DNA from: a virus
Direction: 5' to 3' (one strand)
Length of the DNA stretch: 64,000 nt
Virus record (IMG/VR): IMGVR_UViG_3300048060_000074
Part shown: one piece after another, positions 1-9,356 of the stretch
Numbering within the stretch: position 1 is the first letter of the stretch
Layout: every line of letters begins with the position of its first letter
The notes under the pieces: model-generated
Told to the model about the DNA's origin: nothing
The model's input: the letters and a program-made list of their open reading frames with translations, nothing else
The model's database searches: none
Position numbers and translations under genes: made by a program

Positions 1-801
1 CATATCCGCATCGACTTCTGCATCATCCCATATGTCGCCGCCGGTCTCGTCAAAGTCTCCACCGATGGTTTCCCGCGCTTTCCTGGCCTGGGCTCTCCAC
101 ACGGCAGTGGACTCCATTTCAGGGATGGACATCTGCCGTGTGGCATCACGCCAATCCTCTGGGATGGTTTGCACGCCGTCGACGTTATATGACTCTTGGG
201 CGATCTCTCGCATAGATGGCATCCCGTGGGAGCGGTTCAGGCAGTTTTTGAGCGCCCTCGTCTCGGCGCGCTGTTCCCAGGTCCATCCCTTCGGCGGGTT
301 GATCGGGTAGCCCCTCTTCGATACCATGTCTTTGGACGTGACGACGCCGACGGCCTTCGTCGCGATGGTTTTGAATGCCTTGTCGTATGGGTCGCCACTC
401 AGGTTTGGATCGCGCGCATATATCTCCGTTAGCCTGGCGAGCAGGTCGTACTGGCTTGCCACGACAATGTAGCATACCGCGCCAATGTCGCCATCTTCGA
501 GCTTGCCATCATACTGGCCGAACCTTTGAGAATATGGCTCTTTGTTGTGCGCCCAGCGGGACAGGAGCTTGTAGCCATCGTTTATGATGAGTTCGCCATC
601 CGATCCTTCCCAGGCGTACACTTCGCCACGGAATGGATTGGCCCCAGTAATGAGGGCGTACTGGGCGAAGGCTATCGCGTGAGAGTCCGTCAGTTTGTTT
701 GCGCCCGGGACGGTATCCTTGATGCGGATTGCCAGCGCATGGACTTCTTCCTCGGAATGGTATAGGCTTACGTCTGCTTGTCCGTACTTTACGAGACTCA
801 C
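1..801 (-). CDS. RecT/Bet-like single-strand annealing recombinase (3' end runs off the window)
   Basis: Manual translation (absent from ORF track because it has no stop): MSLVKYGQ...GANPFRGEVYAW...GYKLLSRWA...PPKGWTWEQRAETRALKNCLNRSHG. GTG start overlaps the upstream TGA, with GGAGG RBS. The NPF..E.Y and W...A..RAL motifs are typical of RecT/Bet. Confidence 0.75.
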   Translation of the reverse strand, partial: MSLVKYGQADVSLYHSEEEVHALAIRIKDTVPGANKLTDSHAIAFAQYALITGANPFRGEVYAWEGSDGELIINDGYKLLSRWAHNKEPYSQRFGQYDGKLEDGDIGAVCYIVVASQYDLLARLTEIYARDPNLSGDPYDKAFKTIATKAVGVVTSKDMVSKRGYPINPPKGWTWEQRAETRALKNCLNRSHGMPSMREIAQESYNVDGVQTIPEDWRDATRQMSIPEMESTAVWRAQARKARETIGGDFDETGGDIWDDAEVDADM

Positions 802-1262
802 TTTTCCTCCTTTGCAAACGAGATGGCGATTTGCGACGGGTCTTGTACAGTCACAACGCCGTATTCCCAGAGCGGAAACCCAGACGCGTCTACATCGGCG
901 ACCATGTCCTGGTTCAGAACGATGCTGTCTGGGTCAATCCAGTGAGAGGCAATACCAAGAAATTTCTCGATGTCTTTGATGACATATCTGTCTTTTGGCT
1001 CCCGCACCTCCACATAGTTGATCCCGTCCGGCATGTCAAAGTCCCGACCGTAGTCACCATGCTCCTGAAACCAAGGCTCAACCACTTCCTTGCGGTGAAT
1101 GCTCATCACCTTCTTTGCTGCGGCGGCCCCACATTTTGCCCTTGCCTCCTTGATGAGTTCTTTGTACGGCGCTGTTTCCAGGTCTTCGAGCGCCTTCGTC
1201 GTATCGGCGTTTCGCTTCAGTTCAACCAGCGTCTCCAATGCTTTTCGGATCTCCTCGTTCAT
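798..1262 (-). CDS. hypothetical protein
   Basis: GAGG RBS, ATG at 1262, stop overlaps next start. Confidence 0.7.
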   Translation of the reverse strand: MNEEIRKALETLVELKRNADTTKALEDLETAPYKELIKEARAKCGAAAAKKVMSIHRKEVVEPWFQEHGDYGRDFDMPDGINYVEVREPKDRYVIKDIEKFLGIASHWIDPDSIVLNQDMVADVDASGFPLWEYGVVTVQDPSQIAISFAKEEK

Positions 1263-1693
1263 GTTTCCTCCTCGATGAATGTTGCGTCCGCCGCGCCAGG
1301 CAGGCGGACAAGAAACTTGCTTAGTGGTTGCGATTCTGTCCACTTGGACAGGTCACCTTTTTTCGTGATGATCTGCTGCGCCATCTTCTGGTAGTATAGC
1401 AATGGGCAGATCGAATAGGTCCTCCCGTTTTTTACGTCGAGGGCGTAGTGGGGCCGCCCACATAAACATGGGCGGTCACTCACCTGAATGTCTACAACGC
1501 TCGCGTGAAAGCTGGCGAAGCGTTGTAGCACCTTCGCATGGCTTTCTAATTTTACTTGTCTTGGATATCTGTCTCTTGTCGATTCTCTCCTTTCTGCTTG
1601 CCGTAGTTCTAGATACCGCTCTCGGCTGATACGATAGTGAGTTGGCTTTTTATATCGCCATTCATTGTCGTTCTGGCTCCAATGGACTGGCAT
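1259..1693 (-). CDS. hypothetical protein
   Basis: ORF in tightly coupled chain. Confidence 0.55.
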   Translation of the reverse strand: MPVHWSQNDNEWRYKKPTHYRISRERYLELRQAERRESTRDRYPRQVKLESHAKVLQRFASFHASVVDIQVSDRPCLCGRPHYALDVKNGRTYSICPLLYYQKMAQQIITKKGDLSKWTESQPLSKFLVRLPGAADATFIEEET

Positions 1694-1694
1694 T

Positions 1695-2240
1695 TCATAT
1701 CGCCATCGCTTTTTGTTCTAGCTCTGGCGGTGTGGATGGTGGCGTTGGGCGCTTCTTGAAGTCCACAAGCGTCTTCGCGAATCCAAGGGCCGCCGAGAGC
1801 TGGCTACCTTCGCCCTGATAGATGACCGCAGTCAGAGACTTTGGGCAAGACCGCCTTCTCAGCCTGGCTGCTTTTCGGAATTCGGGCACGCAAAATGTTT
1901 TCAGCACCATGAAGGCTAGCTCGTTCGACCAGTCGCAGATCGCCAGCAGGGTCTTTGCGTGCGCTAGCTGTAGGTAGAAGTCCAAGAAGTAAAACTCCGG
2001 CATCCCGCCGTACTCCTGGATATACTGCTCGGCCTGCTTCACGAGGCCGGTGGTTTCGGGCGTCTCTGCGATATAGATCGTCCTTTTCTTTTTCCCTCGG
2101 CCTATCCTTGTTGAAATAAGCCTCACGTGGCAGTGTGGGCAGCAATCCACGTTGACCCTGCGGCGCACGGATTCCCCGCACGCCCAGCATGTCTTCGTGG
2201 GCCATCTGTCCCATATTGACTTAGCGCCTGCTTGCGCCAT
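1695..2240 (-). CDS. zinc-ribbon protein
   Basis: AAGGAG RBS then ATG 2240; CWAC...CPHC motif. Confidence 0.65.
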   Translation of the reverse strand: MAQAGAKSIWDRWPTKTCWACGESVRRRVNVDCCPHCHVRLISTRIGRGKKKRTIYIAETPETTGLVKQAEQYIQEYGGMPEFYFLDFYLQLAHAKTLLAICDWSNELAFMVLKTFCVPEFRKAARLRRRSCPKSLTAVIYQGEGSQLSAALGFAKTLVDFKKRPTPPSTPPELEQKAMAI

Positions 2241-2251
2241 TTCATTCTCCT

Positions 2252-2887
2252 TTAGGCTTGCACCTCCTCGGCGTCCAGTGGGGCGCCAAGGCAGCGCATA
2301 ATGATTTGTACAAACGGCGCCGCCTCCAACCGGGCCCCGGGCGCGGCAGATCGCCAAAGCCGCCACGTCGCCGCAAGACACAGCATCCAGTTTCCGTCCT
2401 GCGCGTGGCGGATAATCTCTGGTATCTCGGGCGTGGAATCTCGCCCGAGTTTCATTTTTGCAAGAGATCTGATCGAAAATCCAAAACTCCTCCGACCAAC
2501 CAACATAAGCGACCGAAGGACCTGAATATCGCCCCCTCTGTGAGCCACCTCGCCAGTAGCGAGGCGGGCGCCAATAGGCATCCCGAACATCCAAATGGCC
2601 TTTTCTTGCTGTACACTTTTCAGTATCCTTTCTTCGCTTTCGCCACGGAGGTACTTAGGGTACGGAACGCCGCGCAACACCTCGTCCAGGTCGAGCAGGA
2701 CATACATTCTGCTTTCTGGGCCTGGATATGGAATTGGCGGGTCGATGTCGACCCACATAGGCAATAGTCCATCTTCGCTTCCCTCGGTGGCCAAATAACA
2801 GCCACCCGGCTTGCGACGGCCACACTTGCGTCGTGATGCTACTAGAATCTCTGGAAGCCACCTGCTCTCATTCTGGCTCATCGTCAT
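2252..2887 (-). CDS. hypothetical phage protein
   Basis: GGAG RBS; open frame MSQNESRW...RKCGRRKPGGCYL. Confidence 0.65.
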   Translation of the reverse strand: MTMSQNESRWLPEILVASRRKCGRRKPGGCYLATEGSEDGLLPMWVDIDPPIPYPGPESRMYVLLDLDEVLRGVPYPKYLRGESEERILKSVQQEKAIWMFGMPIGARLATGEVAHRGGDIQVLRSLMLVGRRSFGFSIRSLAKMKLGRDSTPEIPEIIRHAQDGNWMLCLAATWRLWRSAAPGARLEAAPFVQIIMRCLGAPLDAEEVQA

Positions 2888-3443
2888 ACTCCACATAGAC
2901 CGGCTTGATGCCGGCCACGCCACGCAATTCCTCCGGCAGAGGCGTGTCCGGGGTTGGTGCTACCCACTGCACCGATGTGGCCCACCCGTACCCGAAGAAT
3001 CCGCTATCATAGCGGATTCCATATTTCTCTTCGAGGCGCTTCAGGTCGCCTTTTTCGTCTGCGACCCGGAGCAGGTTTGTAAAGGCCCGTCGGGTGATGC
3101 CTTGTGGGAACTCTGGGTACTGTGGATCGGTCGAGATATACATTTCCCAGTCGTCCAGGTCCGCGTCGTGCATAAAACTGCCGACCTCATCGGCATGTTC
3201 TTCTATAAGCTCCCTCAGCAGGTCCCGCAGGGTCATTCCCTCGGCGTGAACCGTGACGATGGCCCTGGAATGTAGCCCAACTATCCTGGTCATTCCTACC
3301 TCGATCTCCGGGATTGCGGTCTTGGGCACCATCCTGGAGACGCCCTGCTTCTTGTTCTCGTCCGCCGCGTCCTCGGGCCAGGAATAGTACCCTGTGCCCC
3401 AGAACTGGGCGATGTCGGGAGGGTGATAGACAGATTCGTTCAC
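2868..3443 (-). CDS. hypothetical protein
   Basis: GTG start overlapping upstream stop. Confidence 0.7.
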   Translation of the reverse strand: MNESVYHPPDIAQFWGTGYYSWPEDAADENKKQGVSRMVPKTAIPEIEVGMTRIVGLHSRAIVTVHAEGMTLRDLLRELIEEHADEVGSFMHDADLDDWEMYISTDPQYPEFPQGITRRAFTNLLRVADEKGDLKRLEEKYGIRYDSGFFGYGWATSVQWVAPTPDTPLPEELRGVAGIKPVYVEYDDEPE

Positions 3444-3685
3444 GGCGCTTCCCCTTCCTGCCGGGCGGTGATTGCCTTGACTTCCAGGCTAAGTAGGACG
3501 GAGAGCTCGCCGCGACTGATGAGGTTGCACAAGGCTTCTGCTTCCGTATTGTTCAGCCTGATATCCACTGCGCCGTCATTGGAGCACAGGGCGCCATTGA
3601 CGTAGAGAATAAGGTAGGTGCGGAGGTTCACGCACCTTTTCGAGACAGGGAGATAGACCCAATCGGCCAATGCGTTTTTATTCAT
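3440..3685 (-). CDS. hypothetical protein
   Basis: coupled ORF MNKNALADW. Confidence 0.55.
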   Translation of the reverse strand: MNKNALADWVYLPVSKRCVNLRTYLILYVNGALCSNDGAVDIRLNNTEAEALCNLISRGELSVLLSLEVKAITARQEGEAP

Positions 3686-4691
3686 TGCTATCGCCTTGCG
3701 TGCTGGCAACTGGAACGTCATCGCCGATCACCTTGATGACCTGCGAACGAAACACAGACCAGTCCACGCCAGCATTCTCGGCCTCGATCCTTGCCAGTCT
3801 TAGGCCCTGGCAGGCCGCGCTGACCTTGGCGCTGACTTGGAATTTGATCATGTTAAGGCTTGACGGTTCCTGTGGGGCGGTCAATTCTTGCACTGTGGGG
3901 ATGTCGGCTTGTGAAGAGGGGGCGGCTGCTTGAAGTTGTTGGCTGGCCGGTCCCTGTGTAAGATCGGTCGGTTCCGGCAGCAACGTGTTTGCTATGGACT
4001 GCGCCTGTTTAAGCATCGGCAGCCTGGCGACTTGCGCCTTAATTGCCTCGACGGTGCGCTGCCCGGCAGCCAGCAACTCGGTCGTGAAGGTGTCCTGATC
4101 GTCCTGGTCAACCTTTGACGCGATGATATACGCCTGGCTGTGGTCGATATCCCCGCGTATTACGGCCTCCCGTATCTCTCCGTTGAGCAGCTTCTCGTAC
4201 ACCGTAACCCGCTGCGAGACGTAGGCGCGGCTGTAGCCGATGTGCAGGGCCACCGCGCCCTTTCCACCTTCGCCGAAATCTTTGTCATACGCGGCGGCCA
4301 TCTCTGCGTAGTGGCGGCCTTCGTCCACGGGGTTGACCGATTCGGCATGCAGATTGTCGATTGCCATGCTGCCGATCTCGTCGAACCGGCTCTTGGGGCG
4401 GGACATTCGGGAGGCGGTAACCCACTGGTCTTCCCTTGGGGTTTCGAGGCGGCTGTACGCTTCCTTGGCGGCCTCGATCCGTCGATCTCCGGCGAGGCAT
4501 TGCTTCACGGTCTTGCCGCCGTCTTTTTTCAGATAGTACAGAATGGGGCGGAAATTCGGCGACTCGCCCGAGCCAATGCGGTCCATCATTTGCACGACCA
4601 TTGCCTCGAACTGGGCGTTCCGAACGATCTCCGATCTAAACCCATTCAGTACCAGATCCCAAACGTTCGGTTTCTGCGGATAATCACTCAC
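3678..4691 (-). CDS. parB: ParB/Spo0J-family CTPase and DNA-binding protein
   Basis: LAGDRRIEAAK (GxxR box), IDNLHAESVNPVDEGRHY, HTH-like AVALHIGYSRAYVSQRV. Confidence 0.8.
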   Translation of the reverse strand: MSDYPQKPNVWDLVLNGFRSEIVRNAQFEAMVVQMMDRIGSGESPNFRPILYYLKKDGGKTVKQCLAGDRRIEAAKEAYSRLETPREDQWVTASRMSRPKSRFDEIGSMAIDNLHAESVNPVDEGRHYAEMAAAYDKDFGEGGKGAVALHIGYSRAYVSQRVTVYEKLLNGEIREAVIRGDIDHSQAYIIASKVDQDDQDTFTTELLAAGQRTVEAIKAQVARLPMLKQAQSIANTLLPEPTDLTQGPASQQLQAAAPSSQADIPTVQELTAPQEPSSLNMIKFQVSAKVSAACQGLRLARIEAENAGVDWSVFRSQVIKVIGDDVPVASTQGDSNE

Positions 4692-5163
4692 TGTTTTTCT
4701 CCTTTATTCTGTCCAATTTGTGTTGTGCGATGACCGACTGGGCGCCAGCCAGCGTGTCAGCGCGTTCGTTCTGCGCGTGGCCATTGTGCCCACGCACCCA
4801 ATGAAAATTTAGGCGGCCTTTGTACTGTGCGAGCAGCCTGTCCAGGTCTCTCCACAGGTCTTGGTTCTTGACCGGCTTTCCTTTCTTGGTTCTCCAACCA
4901 CGGGCTTTCCATTTTTCCAGCCACTCCGTGGCTCCCATGCGGACGTACTCGCTATCTGTCCAAATATGTATCTCTGCGTGCTTGGACAGCACGGCGTCCA
5001 GCCCGTCGATCACCGCGAAAAGCTCGGCGCGATTATTCGTCGTATCATACGCATACGATCCGACGATCTTTTCCTTGTTCCCGCTTTGCAAGATCGCGGC
5101 CCACCCGCCAGGGCCCGGGTTCTTCGGACACGAACCATCTGTGAAGATGTCTATCTGTGGCAT
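4684..5163 (-). CDS. rnhA: ribonuclease HI
   Basis: IFTDGSCPKNPGPGGWAA, TTNNRAEL, WTDSEYV, WKARGW, KNQDLW, WVRGHNGHAQNERADTLA. Confidence 0.97.
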   Translation of the reverse strand: MPQIDIFTDGSCPKNPGPGGWAAILQSGNKEKIVGSYAYDTTNNRAELFAVIDGLDAVLSKHAEIHIWTDSEYVRMGATEWLEKWKARGWRTKKGKPVKNQDLWRDLDRLLAQYKGRLNFHWVRGHNGHAQNERADTLAGAQSVIAQHKLDRIKEKNSE

Positions 5164-5226
5164 TACACTCCTTTCGAGGACCGGGAGAGGAGGAGGCCAA
5201 ACCTCCTCTTGTTACCCGGCTCCTTT

Positions 5227-5255
5227 ATTCTATCACGTTTCCTGACGTTTGTCAA
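5227..5255 (-). promoter_or_regulatory. sigma70-type promoter for the rnhA-parB-recT operon
   Basis: TTGACA-17 bp-TAGAAT. Confidence 0.85.
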
Positions 5256-5272
5256 GAGCGTTTTTTCGTCCA

Positions 5273-5288
5273 TTTTACACGTGTAAAA
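5273..5288. promoter_or_regulatory. 16-bp palindrome TTTTACACGTGTAAAA (inside 26-bp perfect palindrome 5268-5293)
   Basis: exact consensus match; 17 bp upstream of the -35 hexamer. Confidence 0.9.
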
Positions 5289-5304
5289 TGGACACGTAGA
5301 TATG

Positions 5305-5736
5305 CTATCTGCATACGATTTTGTACTCGGGAACATCCCCGACATGTTCTAGCCTACATGTTGTCGTCAGGTCAATCTCGATCCACACAATTATGGATCT
5401 CGGGTTCGCGAGCAAGGTTTGCTCCACGAGTGCCCAGGTGTGTATCGGATTCCACCGGATATCCGGGTATTTGTTTGGCGACCACAAGTAAGAGCGTATT
5501 CGGCGGAGTCTCCCTGGGCCTGGACAATCCCATTCTTGTAGAATGTGCAGGCCGCCTACCTCTTTCCTTAGCGCCATTGCCGCCTCTGTGGAAGGCGCCT
5601 TGAATCGGACCCGCCCCGGTTCAATATAGTCGATTCCGATTCCCTTCGGCAGCATCGTTATAAAGGCCCGTGTGCGATCTAGCAGTTCTTTCAGCCAACA
5701 TATCTGGTCTATAGCTGCGTCGTGGTCGTATCCCAT
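5305..5736 (-). CDS. hypothetical protein
   Basis: ORF MGYDHDAAIDQ; start uncertain. Confidence 0.55.
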   Translation of the reverse strand: MGYDHDAAIDQICWLKELLDRTRAFITMLPKGIGIDYIEPGRVRFKAPSTEAAMALRKEVGGLHILQEWDCPGPGRLRRIRSYLWSPNKYPDIRWNPIHTWALVEQTLLANPRSIIVWIEIDLTTTCRLEHVGDVPEYKIVCR

Positions 5737-6512
5737 CCTGTTATTATCCTTTCCAGTTTTTCGAGCGTGACTCTCGTCCGCCCAGCATAAGTGGTGCTCG
5801 CCGCCTTGCATTGGCGGATCAGGTCCGCCACGACCTCCTCAATGTACGACTCTTCCCGCTCCGCCGTCCAGGCTTCTGTGTAGAAGCCATATGTGATGCC
5901 GCCAAGGCCGGCCCAGGCGATCTCCTGGCCGTCCAGCTTCATGGAAACCCTGATCCAGACGTATGACCAGTCGCCCCTGGAAAGGCCCGATACCTGCTCA
6001 TAGTCCTGACAAGCATAAAGCGCCTCGGCGGCTTTCCCCAGGGCTTCAGGGTCGTCTGTGTCTGGGCTGGTGATGTCGTACTTTTTCAGCTTCGGCGCGA
6101 CGTGTTTGTCAAAATGCTCGCGTGGGTTGTTTTCCTCGGCGTAGTGCTTCGCCATGCCGCACCACTCTCTGGCAGGTTTCCAATACTTGTACTCCTTCCT
6201 GCTATTCTGTGTAGGCAGCCACCTCGCCAACACCTCTGGGCCACCTTCGTCCCATGAATCCCAGGCGTCGTCAAACTCTATCTCTTCCTCTGGGGTTGGG
6301 TTGTCTACGTCGTGAAAGAAATCCTCGACTTGTGGCTCAGGCGGGTCGTCGCCGCGCAGAGTTCCATCTGTGCGGTCTACATACCAGGCATTCGGCGCCC
6401 TGTCTGTGTACTCGCCGAGGTGCGAAATGTCATAGTCGTAGTCGCAGTACTTTTCGATGACGAACTCGAGTTCGCCGTCGGTTCTTTTCTTTGTCTCAAA
6501 CGGGTCAAGCAT
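5709..6512 (-). CDS. acidic hypothetical protein
   Basis: 267 aa, GGAGG RBS. Confidence 0.75.
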   Translation of the reverse strand: MLDPFETKKRTDGELEFVIEKYCDYDYDISHLGEYTDRAPNAWYVDRTDGTLRGDDPPEPQVEDFFHDVDNPTPEEEIEFDDAWDSWDEGGPEVLARWLPTQNSRKEYKYWKPAREWCGMAKHYAEENNPREHFDKHVAPKLKKYDITSPDTDDPEALGKAAEALYACQDYEQVSGLSRGDWSYVWIRVSMKLDGQEIAWAGLGGITYGFYTEAWTAEREESYIEEVVADLIRQCKAASTTYAGRTRVTLEKLERIITGWDTTTTQL

Positions 6513-6524
6513 GTTTTTCCTCCA

Positions 6525-6540
6525 TTTTATACGTATAAAA
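6525..6540. promoter_or_regulatory. 16-bp palindrome TTTTATACGTATAAAA
   Basis: between stop at 6546 and RBS of 6512. Confidence 0.9.
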
Positions 6541-6545
6541 TCAAA

Positions 6546-7067
6546 CTAAAACGGCATCGCCTCCACAGACAGCACCCGCGTGGCTATCATAAGTGGCTTG
6601 CCGCACGACGGGCAATCTGCGTAAATTTTGCCGTGATTGAACATCACCTCTACTTCTACTGGGTTGTTCACGATGTCCGGGTCGGTGCCGAACCGGGCGA
6701 TCAGCTCGCCGCACTTGGGACAGACCAGGGCCTCTACGTTGCGGCACATTTCCAGAGCCGTGATGACTTGCCTGGCAGCATTCGGGGTGTGGCTTTCAGC
6801 CCACCACCAAAAATCCCCAAACTGTTCTCGTTTACAGCTATACTCGAATGTTCGGTAGTACGGGCATGTGGAGCATGCCATTGCGCCACCGGCCTCTTCC
6901 TGCGCAAAATCCATGTACACGGTGCATAACGGTCTATAGAAGAAGTTTGGCACCTTGCCAGGACACACCTCGATCCGTCGCCATAACTCTATCTCTAGAT
7001 CGATTGGGTCCTCTTTGTTGGCAAGGCGCCTGTCGATCTCTGCGCTAATCATAAGGATCATTGTCAT
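6546..7067 (-). CDS. Cys-rich zinc-binding protein
   Basis: CSTC, CPKC, CPSC motifs. Confidence 0.65.
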   Translation of the reverse strand: MTMILMISAEIDRRLANKEDPIDLEIELWRRIEVCPGKVPNFFYRPLCTVYMDFAQEEAGGAMACSTCPYYRTFEYSCKREQFGDFWWWAESHTPNAARQVITALEMCRNVEALVCPKCGELIARFGTDPDIVNNPVEVEVMFNHGKIYADCPSCGKPLMIATRVLSVEAMPF

Positions 7068-7314
7068 CTCCTTCTACTTCAAAAACGCCTGTGTTGGCAT
7101 CGCAGCACTCTCGTGATACGTGCTTGTCGATCTCTTCTTCGAGGCACCCACAGCAAAGCATGTTCGAGTCAATGGCCCGGAGGGGTGTCTCGCACTTCCA
7201 GCACGAGCCGTCGAACTCGTCCTCGAATAGTTCGTGGAGCTCGCTGGCGGGTATTTCGACCGTCACTTTTGTATAACGGCTACCGCTGACGCAAATCGTT
7301 ATTTCGTCCGACAT
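7045..7314 (-). CDS. small Cys-rich acidic protein
   Basis: GGAGG RBS; CWKC, CCGC. Confidence 0.6.
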   Translation of the reverse strand: MSDEITICVSGSRYTKVTVEIPASELHELFEDEFDGSCWKCETPLRAIDSNMLCCGCLEEEIDKHVSRECCDANTGVFEVEGDDNDPYD

Positions 7315-7316
7315 TG

Positions 7317-7559
7317 TTACCTCCTGTGCTTTTCTGGTGGAAACCAGCCGCCGGTCAGGGCCACCGCTTCCTTTTTGTAGAGTTTTGCGCCGTGTTCGGC
7401 GATATTCTTCGTATCGTACTCGGAGTCTTTCTTGGTGACGCCGATGTACGCGGCCCACTCACGGATCGTCCCGTCGGGGTTGTAGTCGACGACTGCGACG
7501 ACCTCGATCTGGCAGCCCGGTACATTTGACGTGAACACCCGTTCTTTGCCCACTTGCAT
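7317..7559 (-). CDS. hypothetical protein
   Basis: TAATG overlap with sbcD stop. Confidence 0.65.
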   Translation of the reverse strand: MQVGKERVFTSNVPGCQIEVVAVVDYNPDGTIREWAAYIGVTKKDSEYDTKNIAEHGAKLYKKEAVALTGGWFPPEKHRR

Positions 7560-8782
7560 TATCTTGCCTCCTGTTCTAGTAATTGTTCCATACGCTCTCT
7601 TAACTCTGCTATGCGTTCGGGCGTCGCCTGCTTGACCTGCAAATACCGCTCCAGCACATCGAGCGGCGCCAGTCCGGCGATATCGCTCTGGGTGCCAAGC
7701 CGCATCCTCTCCGACCGATCCACCTCGTGCGTAATGGACGCGATGTGGAAGGCCGGCTCTAGCGCCCGGCGCACCTTACTATCGTCGATGTGTACATTCA
7801 GGCCCGCCGAGACCTGAACGATGACCCGGACGACAGCGCCCTCGATGTGCTGTGTCTCGATCCTGCGCACGATTTGTGCCGTCGGGTCATCTTCGTCGGC
7901 CCTCATGCGGATGGTCACAAAGCGTCGGGTGTCCAGCTTGCGAAACGTCCAGGAACAGCCACCGCGCTCTACGTCGGCGATGACAAAGCCCTTGTCCTCT
8001 TTCTCCTCGCCAAAGTCGATCCGTTCGATGCTGCCGGAATAGACCACCGGCGGGGAGCGGCCCGGCTCCATTTCTTGGTGCTTATGGATGTGTCCCAAGG
8101 CCACGTAATCCCAGTGTGGATTCTTGAACAGGCTCAGAGGAACGATCATATCGTGGCCCAGCATGGTCGCGCGTTCCGAGCTATAGACTGCACCCTGAAC
8201 GGTGCCATGCGCGGCCAGGACGTGTGGCATGTCAGGCTTGAGTCGCTTTACAAAGCCCCCGTCGCCGGTAAAAAGGCTCTCCACCTTTGCCTGAAGCAGG
8301 GCCGTCGTTTCTGGCAGGCTCTTGTTCTTGTACTCTTTACGTGTGAGCAACGCGCTGCGCGCCACCCAGGGCAGCGTGGCAACCTGTACAGCGCCGTGGG
8401 CCGTTTCGATATCGAACACGGCGGGGCGGCTGGCAACGTAGACATTCTCCACACCCAGCGTATCGAATATTTCCACCGTGTGTGCCCGCCCTGTGGCGTT
8501 GAACGTATCGTGGTTGCCGGGAACCAGGACGGTCGGCAGGCCGGCCCGGGAAAGACGAAGAATGCGGCGTGCGAACTCTCGCTGGTAGGTCGAGGATGGA
8601 GACCGCGTCTTGTAGGCGTCCCCGGCGAAAATCACCAGGTCGGCTTCTGCTATCGCGAAATCGACCACCCGGTCTAGCGAATGCAGAAAATCCGCCGCCC
8701 TGGTAGACATCCCGGTGCGGGGATCCGGTCGGCCGTGCGTCTCTGTGCCGAGGTGGACGTCGGCGAAATGTAGCACCTTCAT
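7559..8782 (-). CDS. sbcD: SbcD/Mre11-family nuclease
   Basis: DVHLG, FAGD, GNHD, AHG, LGHIH, VYSGSIERIDFGE motifs. Confidence 0.95.
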   Translation of the reverse strand: MKVLHFADVHLGTETHGRPDPRTGMSTRAADFLHSLDRVVDFAIAEADLVIFAGDAYKTRSPSSTYQREFARRILRLSRAGLPTVLVPGNHDTFNATGRAHTVEIFDTLGVENVYVASRPAVFDIETAHGAVQVATLPWVARSALLTRKEYKNKSLPETTALLQAKVESLFTGDGGFVKRLKPDMPHVLAAHGTVQGAVYSSERATMLGHDMIVPLSLFKNPHWDYVALGHIHKHQEMEPGRSPPVVYSGSIERIDFGEEKEDKGFVIADVERGGCSWTFRKLDTRRFVTIRMRADEDDPTAQIVRRIETQHIEGAVVRVIVQVSAGLNVHIDDSKVRRALEPAFHIASITHEVDRSERMRLGTQSDIAGLAPLDVLERYLQVKQATPERIAELRERMEQLLEQEAR

Positions 8783-9072
8783 CTGGGGTGCTTTTCCAGG
8801 AACTCGAAAAGTGCCGGGTGGATCTTTCTTGCCTCAGCCTCGTTCACGCGTTTGCAAAGGCGGCTGATGTAGGCCATGAGTGCAATCGACCAGTGGCACT
8901 GCGAGTTTGGCTTGAACACATTTATTGCCCTGGCGCACTTGCGTGTTTTACCTAACAGCAAGCGACCTTCGGCCACCTCCGGCACGTACAGGGCGACGAC
9001 GTTGCCGGTTGGCTGGGCGTGCTTGCGCCAGCGATATTGGTCGTACTCTCGATAGAAGCGAAAGTTTTTCAT
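8779..9072 (-). CDS. hypothetical protein
   Basis: ATGA coupling on both sides. Confidence 0.65.
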   Translation of the reverse strand: MKNFRFYREYDQYRWRKHAQPTGNVVALYVPEVAEGRLLLGKTRKCARAINVFKPNSQCHWSIALMAYISRLCKRVNEAEARKIHPALFEFLEKHPR

Positions 9073-9356
9073 CCGACTGGCCTTTCCGGCGCATCGTAAA
9101 TAGATAATGCGCAGCCCACCCCCAGCCGAGGCAGATGTAAATTTATCCGAGGGCGCACAAGGTCTTGTCGACCGATCAGGTAGCCGATCAAAAATGCTTC
9201 ATCGCGCTGATCGTAAATTGGGTAAGCGATATAACTGGCTCTCAACTTCATTGCCCTTGCAAAGCCTGGGTCTGAAGCCACAGCCCAGAAGACAGGGACA
9301 TCGAGTCTTTTTACCCGGTGGTCAGTTACGCCTGTTCGAGTTATTCTTCCAGCCAT
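9069..9356 (-). CDS. hypothetical protein
   Basis: coupled ORF. Confidence 0.5.
   Translation of the reverse strand: MAGRITRTGVTDHRVKRLDVPVFWAVASDPGFARAMKLRASYIAYPIYDQRDEAFLIGYLIGRQDLVRPRINLHLPRLGVGCALSIYDAPERPVG

Noticed and set aside
7790-8677. Long plus-strand ORFs opposite real genes (e.g. 7790-8677, 15174-16142, 32773-33996) and minus-strand 53629-55017
   Set aside because: Shadow frames of GC-rich coding sequence; the opposite strand carries the recognisable motifs and RBSs
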